Positions 1-9,721 of a DNA stretch of 20,000 nt are shown here, piece after piece (positions within the stretch are counted from its first letter, which is position 1; each line of letters begins with the position of its first letter). The translations under genes were made by a program, and so were the position numbers. Source of the stretch: an uncultured virus (IMG/VR IMGVR_UViG_3300025120_000032). Its lineage: Duplodnaviria > Heunggongvirae > Uroviricota > Caudoviricetes. The stretch lies in the IMG/VR virus record IMGVR_UViG_3300025120_000032. One strand, 5' to 3'. A model generated the notes under the pieces. The model was not told where the DNA came from. It searched no databases and saw nothing but the letters and a program-made list of their open reading frames with translations.

Positions 1-1009
1 GTGTTGAGAACTTACCCATATCCATAGTTGATTGTATTGTAATAACACCATCTGAATCCATATCCATAGTTGGAGACCCTGATGCAAGACCTGAGTCACT
101 CATGAACGTTCCTGAAAGACCAAGAATATCATAAGTGCTTCTATCAGGCATAGATGAATCTATCGTGCGAGTTCCAATATCCCTAAACTCATTACCAGTT
201 GCGAAACGTCTGATGCCCAAAGCACTATCTTGTAGAAGAAGTGTCTGAGAGGTTTCAGCACCTATCGACATAGTAGCAAATGCCTCTGAACTTACCGCCT
301 CTGCTATCGGGTCACCAATCTCATCTTGAGCAATAGAAAGTCCAACAGTGTTTACAAGTTCAAGTAAAAGTTCCGCACCAAGATACACACCCGCTGGATG
401 CACAAATAACTTGTAGGTATCAATCCATTCGTTAAGAGGCAGACCTATTCTAATAAGAACTGACATAACTTGATATAGTTTATCATCTGTAATGAACTTA
501 CGTGACTCAGGACCAATGACTGATGCTGGTTCTTTTATCTGTTGACTACCCGTATTAATACTATCTTGTTCATAATCAATCGAAGGACCAACTTTGAATA
601 TATCGTTTTTAGGATATATGATTTGAGGATCTTGTGCAAAGAACCCTCTAAAGAATTGTTCGATACTATACTTAGTACCTTTAGATCTATAAAGAGTATT
701 TGAAAACTTAATGGCTTCTCTTTTATTAAGGAACCCACCAAAGTATGCCTGACCTAAAAGAAGTTCATCTTCAAGGTATTGTAGTAAACTTTCTGGAACC
801 TGTGTAGCATCTCTGGAAGAAGATAACCTTTTAATCTGCCCAGAAGGATTATCGGCAGAATCCATAAACTCATAGTAGGCTTCGAACAAACTTTTTAGTT
901 TAGGAAAATCTTCCTGAAAGTATTCTGGCAATACTTTATCGATCTCACTATTTAAGAGATTTATATTAGTACGATTATTATCCAGTAATGTTTGATCTCT
1001 TTTAGCCAT
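1..1009 (-). CDS. gp7: Baseplate wedge subunit, T4 gp7-like; runs off the window at its 3' end and is absent from the ORF track
   Basis: I translated it by hand from the ATG at 1009, which overlaps the gp6 stop (TAATG): MAKRDQTLLDNN...VLPEYFQEDFPKL..LFEAYYEFM...LYRSKGTKYSIEQFFR...YKLFVHPAG. The frame stays open to position 1. The YxxKGT and VHPAG motifs and the position after gp6 fit gp7. Confidence 0.8.
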   Translation of the reverse strand, partial: MAKRDQTLLDNNRTNINLLNSEIDKVLPEYFQEDFPKLKSLFEAYYEFMDSADNPSGQIKRLSSSRDATQVPESLLQYLEDELLLGQAYFGGFLNKREAIKFSNTLYRSKGTKYSIEQFFRGFFAQDPQIIYPKNDIFKVGPSIDYEQDSINTGSQQIKEPASVIGPESRKFITDDKLYQVMSVLIRIGLPLNEWIDTYKLFVHPAGVYLGAELLLELVNTVGLSIAQDEIGDPIAEAVSSEAFATMSIGAETSQTLLLQDSALGIRRFATGNEFRDIGTRTIDSSMPDRSTYDILGLSGTFMSDSGLASGSPTMDMDSDGVITIQSTMDMGKFST

Positions 1010-3015
1010 TAGTTAATTGCACTTACTGTTACAGCGGTTGTTGTCGATCTATCTGTATCGAAGTTTAATATCTCATTACGTGTTGGTGCCAGAGCACTCT
1101 GATTAGAAGGAACTGCCGCTAATTTAATAAATGTTAATCCAGCGGATATACTTGTAGGATTAAAATAGTTAATCGTAACTACACCTGTTGCGGCCATATA
1201 GCTTCCTACATTATCTACTATTATTGCCCCGCCAGCAATGGCTACAATCTGAATAATATTTGAACCTAGTTTATTTCTAAGCATACACGTTTGACTTTGG
1301 AATGTAAATTCATTACTTGTAATAATATATTCATTATCGTCAGGTGCCGCAATCGATACTGGAAACTGTAACTGTTGATTAATAGAAACTTTGGCGGCTG
1401 ATAGTTTTGACTTAATGTATGTAGTGTTTTCACCACTAAGATCGTTTAATACCATATAGTTTGCCGCATCATTATATCTTTGACTGACAACAAAGTCAAC
1501 TATTTTATTAAGGTCAGTAGCAGATGTTGTAAGAGGATTTGAAAGCAACTTGTTTATAACACTGATCAAAGTCGGTGCTGTAGGCGTAAATCTTTGTTGC
1601 AGTCTAACATTCGATCTTGATGAGAGAACAGCGGGAGAAGATTCGTCTACAAGAGATAGGACATTTGATCTTCTGAATGCCTGTTTAAAGTTACCAGTAT
1701 TTGTGGCAAAGTATCCTGAAATAATAGTATTAATAGAATCTTGTACGGCATTTAAAGTTAAGTCTGTGAGTTTTGGGTTGAACTGAAAGAACGTATCCAT
1801 TTCAACAAATGTTTGAACAGGATCTATAAATCTAATATTGAAAGATACAATAGACAGTTGTGTTGCTAGATCTCGTATTGCTTGTTTTGTTGTGGCAATA
1901 GTTTCTGTAGTAACATCACTCTCAAACAATATTGATATGTATACAGCACCAAACTCAGGATCTACTGCCACTTCTCCACCCCATGAAGCAATGTCTTGTA
2001 TGAGAGTAGAATAACTCTGAAGTATAAGTGATGAGTAATCTTCTGCCGTGACCATACGGTTTTGAGTAGCATATCTGAAAGGCGCATTCTTACGAATAGA
2101 TTCTATGCTTTCTTTCTCTTCACCACCAATAGAGTTCACATATGTCACAACATTAATATCAGAAGTTATGTTTCCTGATGTGAACTGTGCTGAAGGAACA
2201 AACACACTAGCACCATTAGCAACAGCACCTTTTACTGATAGGTATTCAACTTCAATACGATTACCAGCACTAGGAGCAACACCGAATGTTACACCATCAC
2301 CAAAAGATAGTTCGAAGTATCCGTTAGGAGATTCTTTTAGAATATAGATTGTTGAGTTGGCACTAAGAGTGGTAGCACTTTTAATGTTTTGATATGTAGT
2401 AAAGTCTGTTGACGTAGCACTTGTGAATACTTTTATCGTAACAGTATCCGCATCAGCCGTTCCATCTGGAATAACATAAACAGGGTTATCTTCGTATTCT
2501 CCAACTAGGAATGTTTTTGTTTTCAGTGTACCTTCAAAGATTGGAATACGATTTGATCCAGCGTTTGTTTTAAACTCATAGAAACCTGTGCCATCATCTG
2601 TAGCAGAAAAGTTTTCTACATTCTGGAAGCTGTATGTCGCATCATCTACACTTGAAGTGAATTTGGTGTATGCTGGTAGAGTAATAGTTTGCTCACGGGC
2701 AACAGCGGTTGAGTTCAAAGTAAGTCTAACCTTTGCCTGAGATGATGTATCAGTGTCTGGCACATATCCTATACCTTCTGATAGGGAAACAACTGAACTT
2801 CTTAACTGTGCAGTCGGAAGGTATGATTCATTAAGAGCAAAGTTTGCTATAAGAGCATTGAGATGTGTGTTGTAGGCTAGAACATCAAGGATGTTTGAAA
2901 GACCTGATGCCTCAAAGTTATAATCTTTAAACTCATCTTTATTAGCAAGATAATCTTTTAAATTACTCTTGATATTGTTAAAGTCTAAGGCTGATGATTT
3001 AATCGTTGTTGCCAT
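1009..3015 (-). CDS. gp6: Baseplate wedge subunit gp6
   Basis: 668 aa. N-terminal LDFNNIKSNLKDYL...DYNFEASGLSNILDVLAYNTH, plus ESIESIRKNAP...QNRMVTAEDY; follows gp25. Confidence 0.95.
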   Translation of the reverse strand: MATTIKSSALDFNNIKSNLKDYLANKDEFKDYNFEASGLSNILDVLAYNTHLNALIANFALNESYLPTAQLRSSVVSLSEGIGYVPDTDTSSQAKVRLTLNSTAVAREQTITLPAYTKFTSSVDDATYSFQNVENFSATDDGTGFYEFKTNAGSNRIPIFEGTLKTKTFLVGEYEDNPVYVIPDGTADADTVTIKVFTSATSTDFTTYQNIKSATTLSANSTIYILKESPNGYFELSFGDGVTFGVAPSAGNRIEVEYLSVKGAVANGASVFVPSAQFTSGNITSDINVVTYVNSIGGEEKESIESIRKNAPFRYATQNRMVTAEDYSSLILQSYSTLIQDIASWGGEVAVDPEFGAVYISILFESDVTTETIATTKQAIRDLATQLSIVSFNIRFIDPVQTFVEMDTFFQFNPKLTDLTLNAVQDSINTIISGYFATNTGNFKQAFRRSNVLSLVDESSPAVLSSRSNVRLQQRFTPTAPTLISVINKLLSNPLTTSATDLNKIVDFVVSQRYNDAANYMVLNDLSGENTTYIKSKLSAAKVSINQQLQFPVSIAAPDDNEYIITSNEFTFQSQTCMLRNKLGSNIIQIVAIAGGAIIVDNVGSYMAATGVVTINYFNPTSISAGLTFIKLAAVPSNQSALAPTRNEILNFDTDRSTTTAVTVSAIN

Positions 3016-3016
3016 G

Positions 3017-3463
3017 TTATCTTAACCTTGATAGGGAAGTCGTGAACGTCACAACTTCTTCTGTGTTTACAATTTGAAACTCTATTGTTATTGATATAGA
3101 GTTTCTTTCTTCTTGATAATTTACATCAATAGCCCTAATAATTGCTCTTGGTTCATAGGCATTTATAGCTCTGACTATATTTTCACGTGCATCATCTTCA
3201 ATATCGTCATCGGCTAATTCGAATAGTAGTGCTCTTATATTTCCACCAAAGAAAGGCTCGAATGGCTTCTCAAAGAAGTTAGTCATAACAAGATTTTTTA
3301 CTGACTGCTTAACAGCCGCCGCTTCTTTCTTAGTGAATATTTCGCCATTAGGTTTAGCAGTAAAAGATAAATCAATATCTTTATACTCAGACTTTCTACT
3401 TACTATTAAAGCAGACTTACTGAGGTTGCCATCCTCTCTTGATAATACTCTATTGGTTGCCAT
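3017..3463 (-). CDS. gp25: Baseplate wedge subunit gp25 (sheath initiator)
   Basis: YKDIDLSF...AVKQSVKNLVMTNFFEKPFEPFFGGNIRALLFE...YEPRA is the gp25/GPW pattern. Confidence 0.93.
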   Translation of the reverse strand: MATNRVLSREDGNLSKSALIVSRKSEYKDIDLSFTAKPNGEIFTKKEAAAVKQSVKNLVMTNFFEKPFEPFFGGNIRALLFELADDDIEDDARENIVRAINAYEPRAIIRAIDVNYQEERNSISITIEFQIVNTEEVVTFTTSLSRLR

Positions 3464-3485
3464 AAGTTCTTCTCTATTTTACCTT

Positions 3486-3493
3486 TATTTATA
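3486..3493 (-). promoter_or_regulatory. T4-type late promoter (gp55 sigma) for gp25-gp6-gp7
   Basis: Exact TATAAATA on the minus strand, 22 nt upstream of the gp25 ATG. Confidence 0.75.
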
Positions 3494-5939
3494 CGATTTT
3501 TGCGAAGGAAACATTAAAACCATTACTCCAAGTTCCAGCATCATCTGCACCCGCTTGTCTCCATTCACTCTCATCATAGTGAATAAATGTTGAATAGCCA
3601 CCAATACCGGGGCGAACACCACGTGCCTTTGCGTTTCTGACCAGTATCCTAATGTAACGTTGATACAAGATCTTATTCTGTGAAGGATTGATACGAACCC
3701 CGTCAAGCAGTAAGAAGTGATCTGCCGCTTCACCAACAGGATGATTATTAGTCCCACTATCTCTTTTCGCTCTACCACCATTTGATGTTATCTGTGCTGT
3801 GTAACCTTCACCAAGCTCTCTCACTGCTTCAGCAATGGAGTCTACTATTCTTTGATCAGGCCAGTGTATTCTATCATTTCCTCTAGCGTGGGTAACAACA
3901 TTGTCAGTTGGTGGTATAGCAGATTTATTTCTTGCACGTTCCTCTAAAGTCTCTGTGGTTTCTAATAGACATTCGATAAACTCACCTTCAGATAACAACT
4001 GTCTATTATATTCAGTAGATATTTTTCTTCTGAATGTGCCTGTCCACTGATCATCAATGTCTGGCATGACTATGATTAGTCTTGAACTCAATACAACCTG
4101 ATCACCTACACACTCTAAAGTGTCATAAGATAGGATCATCTCATCGAAGAAACTAACGTCCTTTAAGTATTCTGCAATATCAAATAAGTCTAGGTTATTT
4201 GGCTTACCGCTTTTATCGATTGCTTTATAGACTACGGCTTTTCCTTTAGCCTTTAGATCATTTATACTATCAGGTGTTATTATTTCCGAAGCACTTGGTC
4301 TATAGACGCCCTCAGATACTACTAGGTTGACACCTCTAAATCTTTCATTGTTAGTCTGTATTTTTTTAAGTATAAGTGAATGAGCATACAAGTTCTTAGC
4401 AATATCTCTTTTCACTGAAAGAGACTTTATAAACTTAAGGTTTGTAGGGTCATCAGATCCTAAAAACTTGGCTATAGTAATATTGTCAGACAACTTAGTC
4501 TTGATTGTAATATCACCTTGTCTTAAAGGATTATACTTATCTTCAGGTACAATACTTAGAGAGGATATTTTGGTTATAAATGTTGCGGAAATCTCTGGTG
4601 AGTAAATGTTTGCTGGCATATTACTTAACACAGGAGTAGATTCCTGTCTTACCGTTCTACCAGTTCTCTCTGGTAACGGGTTGTTATAATCAGAACAAAT
4701 GATATCTTCTTTTAATAGTTGCCCCACAAACTGAGCATTACCAGAGTTAACAACATCTCTTAACTTTGATCTGGCCTGTCCTGTTGTCATATAACCATTA
4801 GACACGCCACTATAGTCATTGGACTTATCAATGAAGTTCTTAATGTAGTCACCCTTGTCAATGATTACCTTACGAATACCGCCAGCGGCCTTTAACAAAT
4901 ATGTAAGAACCTTGGTTGAGGTTGGCGTTGTGATAGAAGGAGTTGCCGTATTTGTAATAGCCGCACCAGCCGACCCCGTAGCATTTTCAGCATAAGGCTG
5001 AGATCTAGTTGATCTTGATGTTTCAGCAACGCCATTCAAATCTCCATGAAATGTAGGAGCCTCAACACCTTGATCAAAGATAGCACCATTACCCACAAAG
5101 TTCATTGCAGTGCCGCCTATAACCCCTGTGCCGCCTTGTAGTGTCATGTTGTTAGCAGAGGCAGTGAAGTTATCGGTAGACATATTAAGATAGTCTTCTG
5201 ATGTAACGTCCATCGTTCCACTTGAAAACAAACCAACGTTGCCATTGATGTTATAATCTAGATTACCTTTGACGTTATGTTGATGACCACCCAAGAATAC
5301 ATCTGTAACCAAGCCAGTAGAGTATGTTGTTATCGGTCCTGTTACAGATGACTGTGATCCATTACCTACGTGCTTTTCTTCAGACCCTCTTATAGTTTCA
5401 ACCTTATTACCGTTCACTTTAACATTATAGTCTAGGCAATCAACATTGAACTCTCCGACAACTTTAATGTTTAGGTTTCCCTTATAGACTAGTTGTGCGT
5501 CTCCCTCAACGATAACTTCATTAGAGCCGCCAATGACTTCTACTTTTCTTTTCTTGGTGCTAATAAGAATACTTCCATCAGGAGTAAGTTCAATACCACT
5601 ACCTTCTGAATGCTTGATAAGAATACGTTCATTACCATCAGTGTCATCTACTTCCCATATATGACCCTTTTCTGATTTAGATACTTGGTTCTTACCATAA
5701 ACAGAAGAAACTTTATTACCCGTTTCCAACTCAACGTCATCATACTGAGCGAAAAACTCTAGGTCATTTCTGGCAACGCCTCTTGCTTCCTTGGAAATAT
5801 TGCTTGAAAAGAAGTAGTCTGTCTCTGGATACTGACCAGTAGGATCTTCTGGACGATTTTTAGATTTACTTGAAACTCTAGCATCTATAAATTCCTGAGG
5901 AATTCCTGAAAGGTTATTTGAATATTTACCATACGCCAT
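3489..5939 (-). CDS. gp5: gp5 C-terminal part (beta-helix spike) fused to a degenerate and an intact M15-family peptidase domain
   Basis: Carries the T4 gp5 motifs DPTGQYP and GHIWEVDDTDGNERILIKH..G..IE..PDG, followed by VxG repeats. The C-terminus has HPVGEAAD (Hx6D) and GIGGYSTFIHYD. Confidence 0.85.
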   Translation of the reverse strand: MAYGKYSNNLSGIPQEFIDARVSSKSKNRPEDPTGQYPETDYFFSSNISKEARGVARNDLEFFAQYDDVELETGNKVSSVYGKNQVSKSEKGHIWEVDDTDGNERILIKHSEGSGIELTPDGSILISTKKRKVEVIGGSNEVIVEGDAQLVYKGNLNIKVVGEFNVDCLDYNVKVNGNKVETIRGSEEKHVGNGSQSSVTGPITTYSTGLVTDVFLGGHQHNVKGNLDYNINGNVGLFSSGTMDVTSEDYLNMSTDNFTASANNMTLQGGTGVIGGTAMNFVGNGAIFDQGVEAPTFHGDLNGVAETSRSTRSQPYAENATGSAGAAITNTATPSITTPTSTKVLTYLLKAAGGIRKVIIDKGDYIKNFIDKSNDYSGVSNGYMTTGQARSKLRDVVNSGNAQFVGQLLKEDIICSDYNNPLPERTGRTVRQESTPVLSNMPANIYSPEISATFITKISSLSIVPEDKYNPLRQGDITIKTKLSDNITIAKFLGSDDPTNLKFIKSLSVKRDIAKNLYAHSLILKKIQTNNERFRGVNLVVSEGVYRPSASEIITPDSINDLKAKGKAVVYKAIDKSGKPNNLDLFDIAEYLKDVSFFDEMILSYDTLECVGDQVVLSSRLIIVMPDIDDQWTGTFRRKISTEYNRQLLSEGEFIECLLETTETLEERARNKSAIPPTDNVVTHARGNDRIHWPDQRIVDSIAEAVRELGEGYTAQITSNGGRAKRDSGTNNHPVGEAADHFLLLDGVRINPSQNKILYQRYIRILVRNAKARGVRPGIGGYSTFIHYDESEWRQAGADDAGTWSNGFNVSFAKIV

Positions 5940-5940
5940 A

Positions 5941-7434
5941 TTAGTTTCCTACATATCCATCTACCAGTTGTTTTTGCGTCAAAGGTGCAGTCGTATTGGG
6001 ATTATAATCTTTTATATTCTCTTTACCAAATACATTCTTTACATTAAGAGATACGTTCCACCAAGGAGATTCAGTGGTTCTTATAATATCATGAATCCCA
6101 AATACCTGAACCCCCGGCTTGACATTAAATATGCTCTGAAACATCTTTCGAATAGTATTCATCTGTGCAGTACTAGCCATATAGTTTGGTTCTTCAAGAG
6201 CAATCAATATACTTCTCTCTGAATGATCTGGCACACCACTATAGTAAAATCCTGTTCCTTTTATATCTACTGGTCTTCCTCTGAAAAGCACACCAGCATA
6301 GTTGATGTAATAGTGTGGCTCGAACCCTTGATCATATTTATCAACGTATAACTGATGCCATTCTTCAACTGTCGTTGTGCTACCATCGACTGTGGCAAAG
6401 GCTTCTACTATAACTTCAGTAACTTCTCTGGTCATATTAGCAAGTTCAGTTTCTAGTTCACTTATGTCTGCTATAGGATCAAATATCTTTGAGTTAATAT
6501 CTGTAGTTGCTTCACGCCACACATTGTTGTAGTCATCGGTTCTTTTACTTGGTATATGCACTGAAACTGCGGCTGGTTCTAAAACTGTGGATGCTCTATT
6601 GTCTATTTTCAATATAACATTTTTTAAATCAGCATCAGACTTATCAGAATATTTTTTTAATATTTTAACAGCATTATCAATATTACCATTATTTTTTGAT
6701 GTGACAATATCTTTTACATCTTCAGGTGGAACGTTATATGTAACGTCACCCTTTTTTGCTACTGAGTTTAAAAGAACTTCAGTTGATTGAAAAGTTGTCT
6801 CTACCAAGTTTTCTATTGTGCCATTAAATCCAGAAGAAGAGTTATTCAGTACTTTAGATCTAGAGTTGTTTTGATTTGAAATGGCATTGATTACTTTATT
6901 ACTTGTGCCTTTTTTAGTATTTAATACGTCCCCTAACACGTTGTCCAAAATATCATCTCTGGCAAGTTCTGTTGATACATTATTACCGACAATAGTTTTT
7001 ACCTCACTAGATGAAGAGGTTGTTGTGGATTTAACAACTTCAGCCAAGGCTTCTGGGAACGGAGCACTAACAGCCACGTCAAGAAAACCATCCGAAGACA
7101 ATCGACTATCTCCTGTGATTGTAGTCAAATCTGTCTCATCAGATCCCACATCTTTTATTAGATCAGACGATTTAGCACTTGGATCTAATTTGACAACACC
7201 TAAAGACTTTTGTATCTGATCTGGCACAGATCCTTCGACACCAGACACGATATCTCTATCGGCACTGGCTAAAGATTGAAACCCACCAGAGGTTGTATTA
7301 TCAGGTTTATACTTAAAACTAACAGAAGTATCATAAATTTCTCTCAGTTCTCTTGTAGCACTACTAGAAGATTGCTGGCCTAATAGTCTACTTAAAGCAT
7401 TCATACCATCTTGTAATAAATCTTTAGAGGACAT
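5941..7434 (-). CDS. Putative baseplate-associated protein with a C-terminal T7-lysozyme/PGRP (Amidase_2)-like domain, probably non-catalytic
   Basis: VTEVIVEAFAT..VEEWH..GFEPHYYINYAGVLFRGRP..SILIAL..TAQMNTI..PGVQVFGIHD..ESPWWNV aligns by eye with the T7 amidase pattern. The gene lies between the two gp5 halves. Confidence 0.7.
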   Translation of the reverse strand: MSSKDLLQDGMNALSRLLGQQSSSSATRELREIYDTSVSFKYKPDNTTSGGFQSLASADRDIVSGVEGSVPDQIQKSLGVVKLDPSAKSSDLIKDVGSDETDLTTITGDSRLSSDGFLDVAVSAPFPEALAEVVKSTTTSSSSEVKTIVGNNVSTELARDDILDNVLGDVLNTKKGTSNKVINAISNQNNSRSKVLNNSSSGFNGTIENLVETTFQSTEVLLNSVAKKGDVTYNVPPEDVKDIVTSKNNGNIDNAVKILKKYSDKSDADLKNVILKIDNRASTVLEPAAVSVHIPSKRTDDYNNVWREATTDINSKIFDPIADISELETELANMTREVTEVIVEAFATVDGSTTTVEEWHQLYVDKYDQGFEPHYYINYAGVLFRGRPVDIKGTGFYYSGVPDHSERSILIALEEPNYMASTAQMNTIRKMFQSIFNVKPGVQVFGIHDIIRTTESPWWNVSLNVKNVFGKENIKDYNPNTTAPLTQKQLVDGYVGN

Positions 7435-8372
7435 TATCTAGCTCCTGACGATAAGTTAGAAGATAAAGAAGCTATCAAAGTTGCTTTGTATTCATCATAA
7501 GCCGCTCTAGCCGCCAACGGTCTTGATCTACCACTATTATTACTATAGTTTGCTGGATCTGCTCTTTCAAATATGTGAAAGAAGTGGAATGTGGAATTTC
7601 TATCATCCTTATCTCCATCAAAGTTAGTTATATTCATCTCATTACTTAAATGATTCCAACAATCATGTGGTACGCCTGTCTTCATATCATATATTAAAAA
7701 CTTTAACTGTAGAAAAAGATCGTAGGGATCTTCGTTTAAGTCAGAAGCATATGCCTCAACTCTTTGCCATCTACCCACTGCCGTGTTCCATTGAGCAATA
7801 CCTCTAGAGTCTTCTGAGCCAGCCGAAACAGCTTTAGGATCAAAGTTGCTTTCTATTTCTAGGTTACCGCAAACACCAGCCGCTGATTTTATTGGAAGGC
7901 CGTTACTAATCAAAAAGTCCATGACCAAAACTCTTAACTGTCTTATTTCAGCACTACCATTTTCATACATCTGACGTTGTTGTTCAGATACTGTGACACC
8001 TTCTTTACCAATGTTTCTAGAATCAAGAAGATTTACTCTTCCAGATTCAGCCGCCGCTTTTACTTGAGAAGAAGAGGGCTGTTCTATATGACTCATAGAA
8101 CCAATTATCATAGGGTTTTGAGAAGCTTTACCGTCCAAGAAGATCCCAAATACTAAAGCATTATTCTTCAACTGTGGTATTCTACCTACACCAGATACTC
8201 CACCCTCTGTAGTAGGTACGACTGTTTCAGCCCAAGGTAGAAACTTATCTTCAACTTCTTGAGAGTGTACACCAAATATTCTTACTTGAAATCTACCAGC
8301 CTGTTGAGGATCATTACCATTAATAACTCTCGCAACAAACCACCTATTATTATCGCCATAGTATTCATTCAT
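7434..8372 (-). CDS. gp5: gp5 N-terminal part: OB-fold plus a phage tail lysozyme (Phage_lysozyme2-type) domain
   Basis: OB-fold motifs WFVARVINGNDPQQAGRFQVRIFGVH..LPWA..VFGIFLDG..QNPMIIGS, then AAGVCGNLEIESNFDP..GIAQW..RW..QLKFLIYDM..FER. The likely start is the ATG at 8372, overlapping the upstream stop (ATGAATGA), rather than 8393. Confidence 0.88.
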   Translation of the reverse strand: MNEYYGDNNRWFVARVINGNDPQQAGRFQVRIFGVHSQEVEDKFLPWAETVVPTTEGGVSGVGRIPQLKNNALVFGIFLDGKASQNPMIIGSMSHIEQPSSSQVKAAAESGRVNLLDSRNIGKEGVTVSEQQRQMYENGSAEIRQLRVLVMDFLISNGLPIKSAAGVCGNLEIESNFDPKAVSAGSEDSRGIAQWNTAVGRWQRVEAYASDLNEDPYDLFLQLKFLIYDMKTGVPHDCWNHLSNEMNITNFDGDKDDRNSTFHFFHIFERADPANYSNNSGRSRPLAARAAYDEYKATLIASLSSNLSSGAR

Positions 8373-9720
8373 TAGAAATACTCCGACCAGCAAGTTTACA
8401 CAGATCTAAAGAAACGTTATGTCTTCCACCAGCAACATCTAAACAATGGCGTTTAGCCATTATTATGAATCGTCCAGATCTCTTCTCATCAATTTTTCCT
8501 CCAACAGCATAGGTTATATCATTTTTATATACTTCCATGGATATTTGATGCCCAACACAAGCTGCAATATTGCTCGTAGAAAACAATAACCCCGGAACAT
8601 TTATGTTATATTTGTTTTTTAGCAAATGTGCAAAAACACTTCTTTTAGTCAATTTTAAAGTTTCACTTCCTTCGTAGGATTCTTGATCAAATCCATTAGC
8701 ATCATCATAGGGATTGGTGACTACTCTAGTATGTATCTTTGAATTAAAATCAGTTATTTTGGATTGATCTATTTTTTTAGGATCTGATATAAACTTACTA
8801 TCAAAGGCAATAAAGTTTTGATCTTTTGGAAGTAATTCTTCTTTTATTAACTTACTGAAATGTCTGTTCATATCCTGATGATATTGAATGTGATTTCCCG
8901 TAGTTGCATTAATAGATTCGTACTGAGACCCCATTCCACCTTCTAGTGCTAGGTTTAAAGTATTCTCTAAGAGACCTGATTCGAAATGTGTTATGTTCGT
9001 AGCTTGAGATTCTATGTCATTTTTATTGACGTTTTCTTGATCGTAAACGAATGGTTTCATATGATTAAAGGATTGAGTATTAATAATAGTTTCAAGATCA
9101 GTCAAGTAAAAGTTATCATCTACTATAGATGAGTAAAAGAAAAATGGATAGCCATTATCTGTAGACATTTTAGACAATACAGTTTTAATAGCAGTTAGTG
9201 GATCTTGATAAGGAACAATGTATCTAAAGGTATTTTGTACAGATTTAACTTTGCTTTCAATAATAAGTTCTCTACCAAGTTTATCTTTTACAATATTTTC
9301 TATTATTTGCTCACCAGTTCCTGTGTATGCTTTACTAAACTTGTTTAAGTCGTTATAGAACTTTATATCTTCAACCAAAGATAGTGATACCATTGAAGAG
9401 TAATCATTAGACTTTACACTATCAGTAATTTCCTCTACAACAAAAGTTTTAGTTATTATATTCGAAGATTGATCTGGAGTTACAAAATCTAATACTATTC
9501 TTTCAGTTCCATTAATGTCTGCTACTCTGTAGATATCTTGATCGTCTTGAAGAATAATATTTCCACTTAAAAACCCATTTGCTAAGTTTTCATATATATT
9601 CATTTCAACAACAATGCCAGATCCAGAGTTTCTGGAAATTATTAATGGCTCACTGAATCGTTCAGACTCTATTCTAATACTAATTAACTTTAGTTGTTCT
9701 GCTGATACTATATCTGACAT
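8365..9720 (-). CDS. Baseplate hub protein, gp27-like
   Basis: 451 aa between gp53 and gp5. Motifs EMNIYENL..LSGNIIL.D, GTERIVLDF, PFFFY, VPG...VGHQI and SGRFIIMAKRH fit the hub/gpD fold. Confidence 0.7.
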   Translation of the reverse strand: MSDIVSAEQLKLISIRIESERFSEPLIISRNSGSGIVVEMNIYENLANGFLSGNIILQDDQDIYRVADINGTERIVLDFVTPDQSSNIITKTFVVEEITDSVKSNDYSSMVSLSLVEDIKFYNDLNKFSKAYTGTGEQIIENIVKDKLGRELIIESKVKSVQNTFRYIVPYQDPLTAIKTVLSKMSTDNGYPFFFYSSIVDDNFYLTDLETIINTQSFNHMKPFVYDQENVNKNDIESQATNITHFESGLLENTLNLALEGGMGSQYESINATTGNHIQYHQDMNRHFSKLIKEELLPKDQNFIAFDSKFISDPKKIDQSKITDFNSKIHTRVVTNPYDDANGFDQESYEGSETLKLTKRSVFAHLLKNKYNINVPGLLFSTSNIAACVGHQISMEVYKNDITYAVGGKIDEKRSGRFIIMAKRHCLDVAGGRHNVSLDLCKLAGRSISNE

Positions 9721-9721
9721 A

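Noticed and set aside
535..741. 68-aa minus-strand ORF from the track
   Set aside because: It is an alternative frame inside the gp7-like gene (1-1009), which carries the conserved motifs.
8373..8393. Track start for the gp5 N-terminal gene at 8393
   Set aside because: The ATG at 8372 overlaps the upstream stop and matches where gp5 homology begins.
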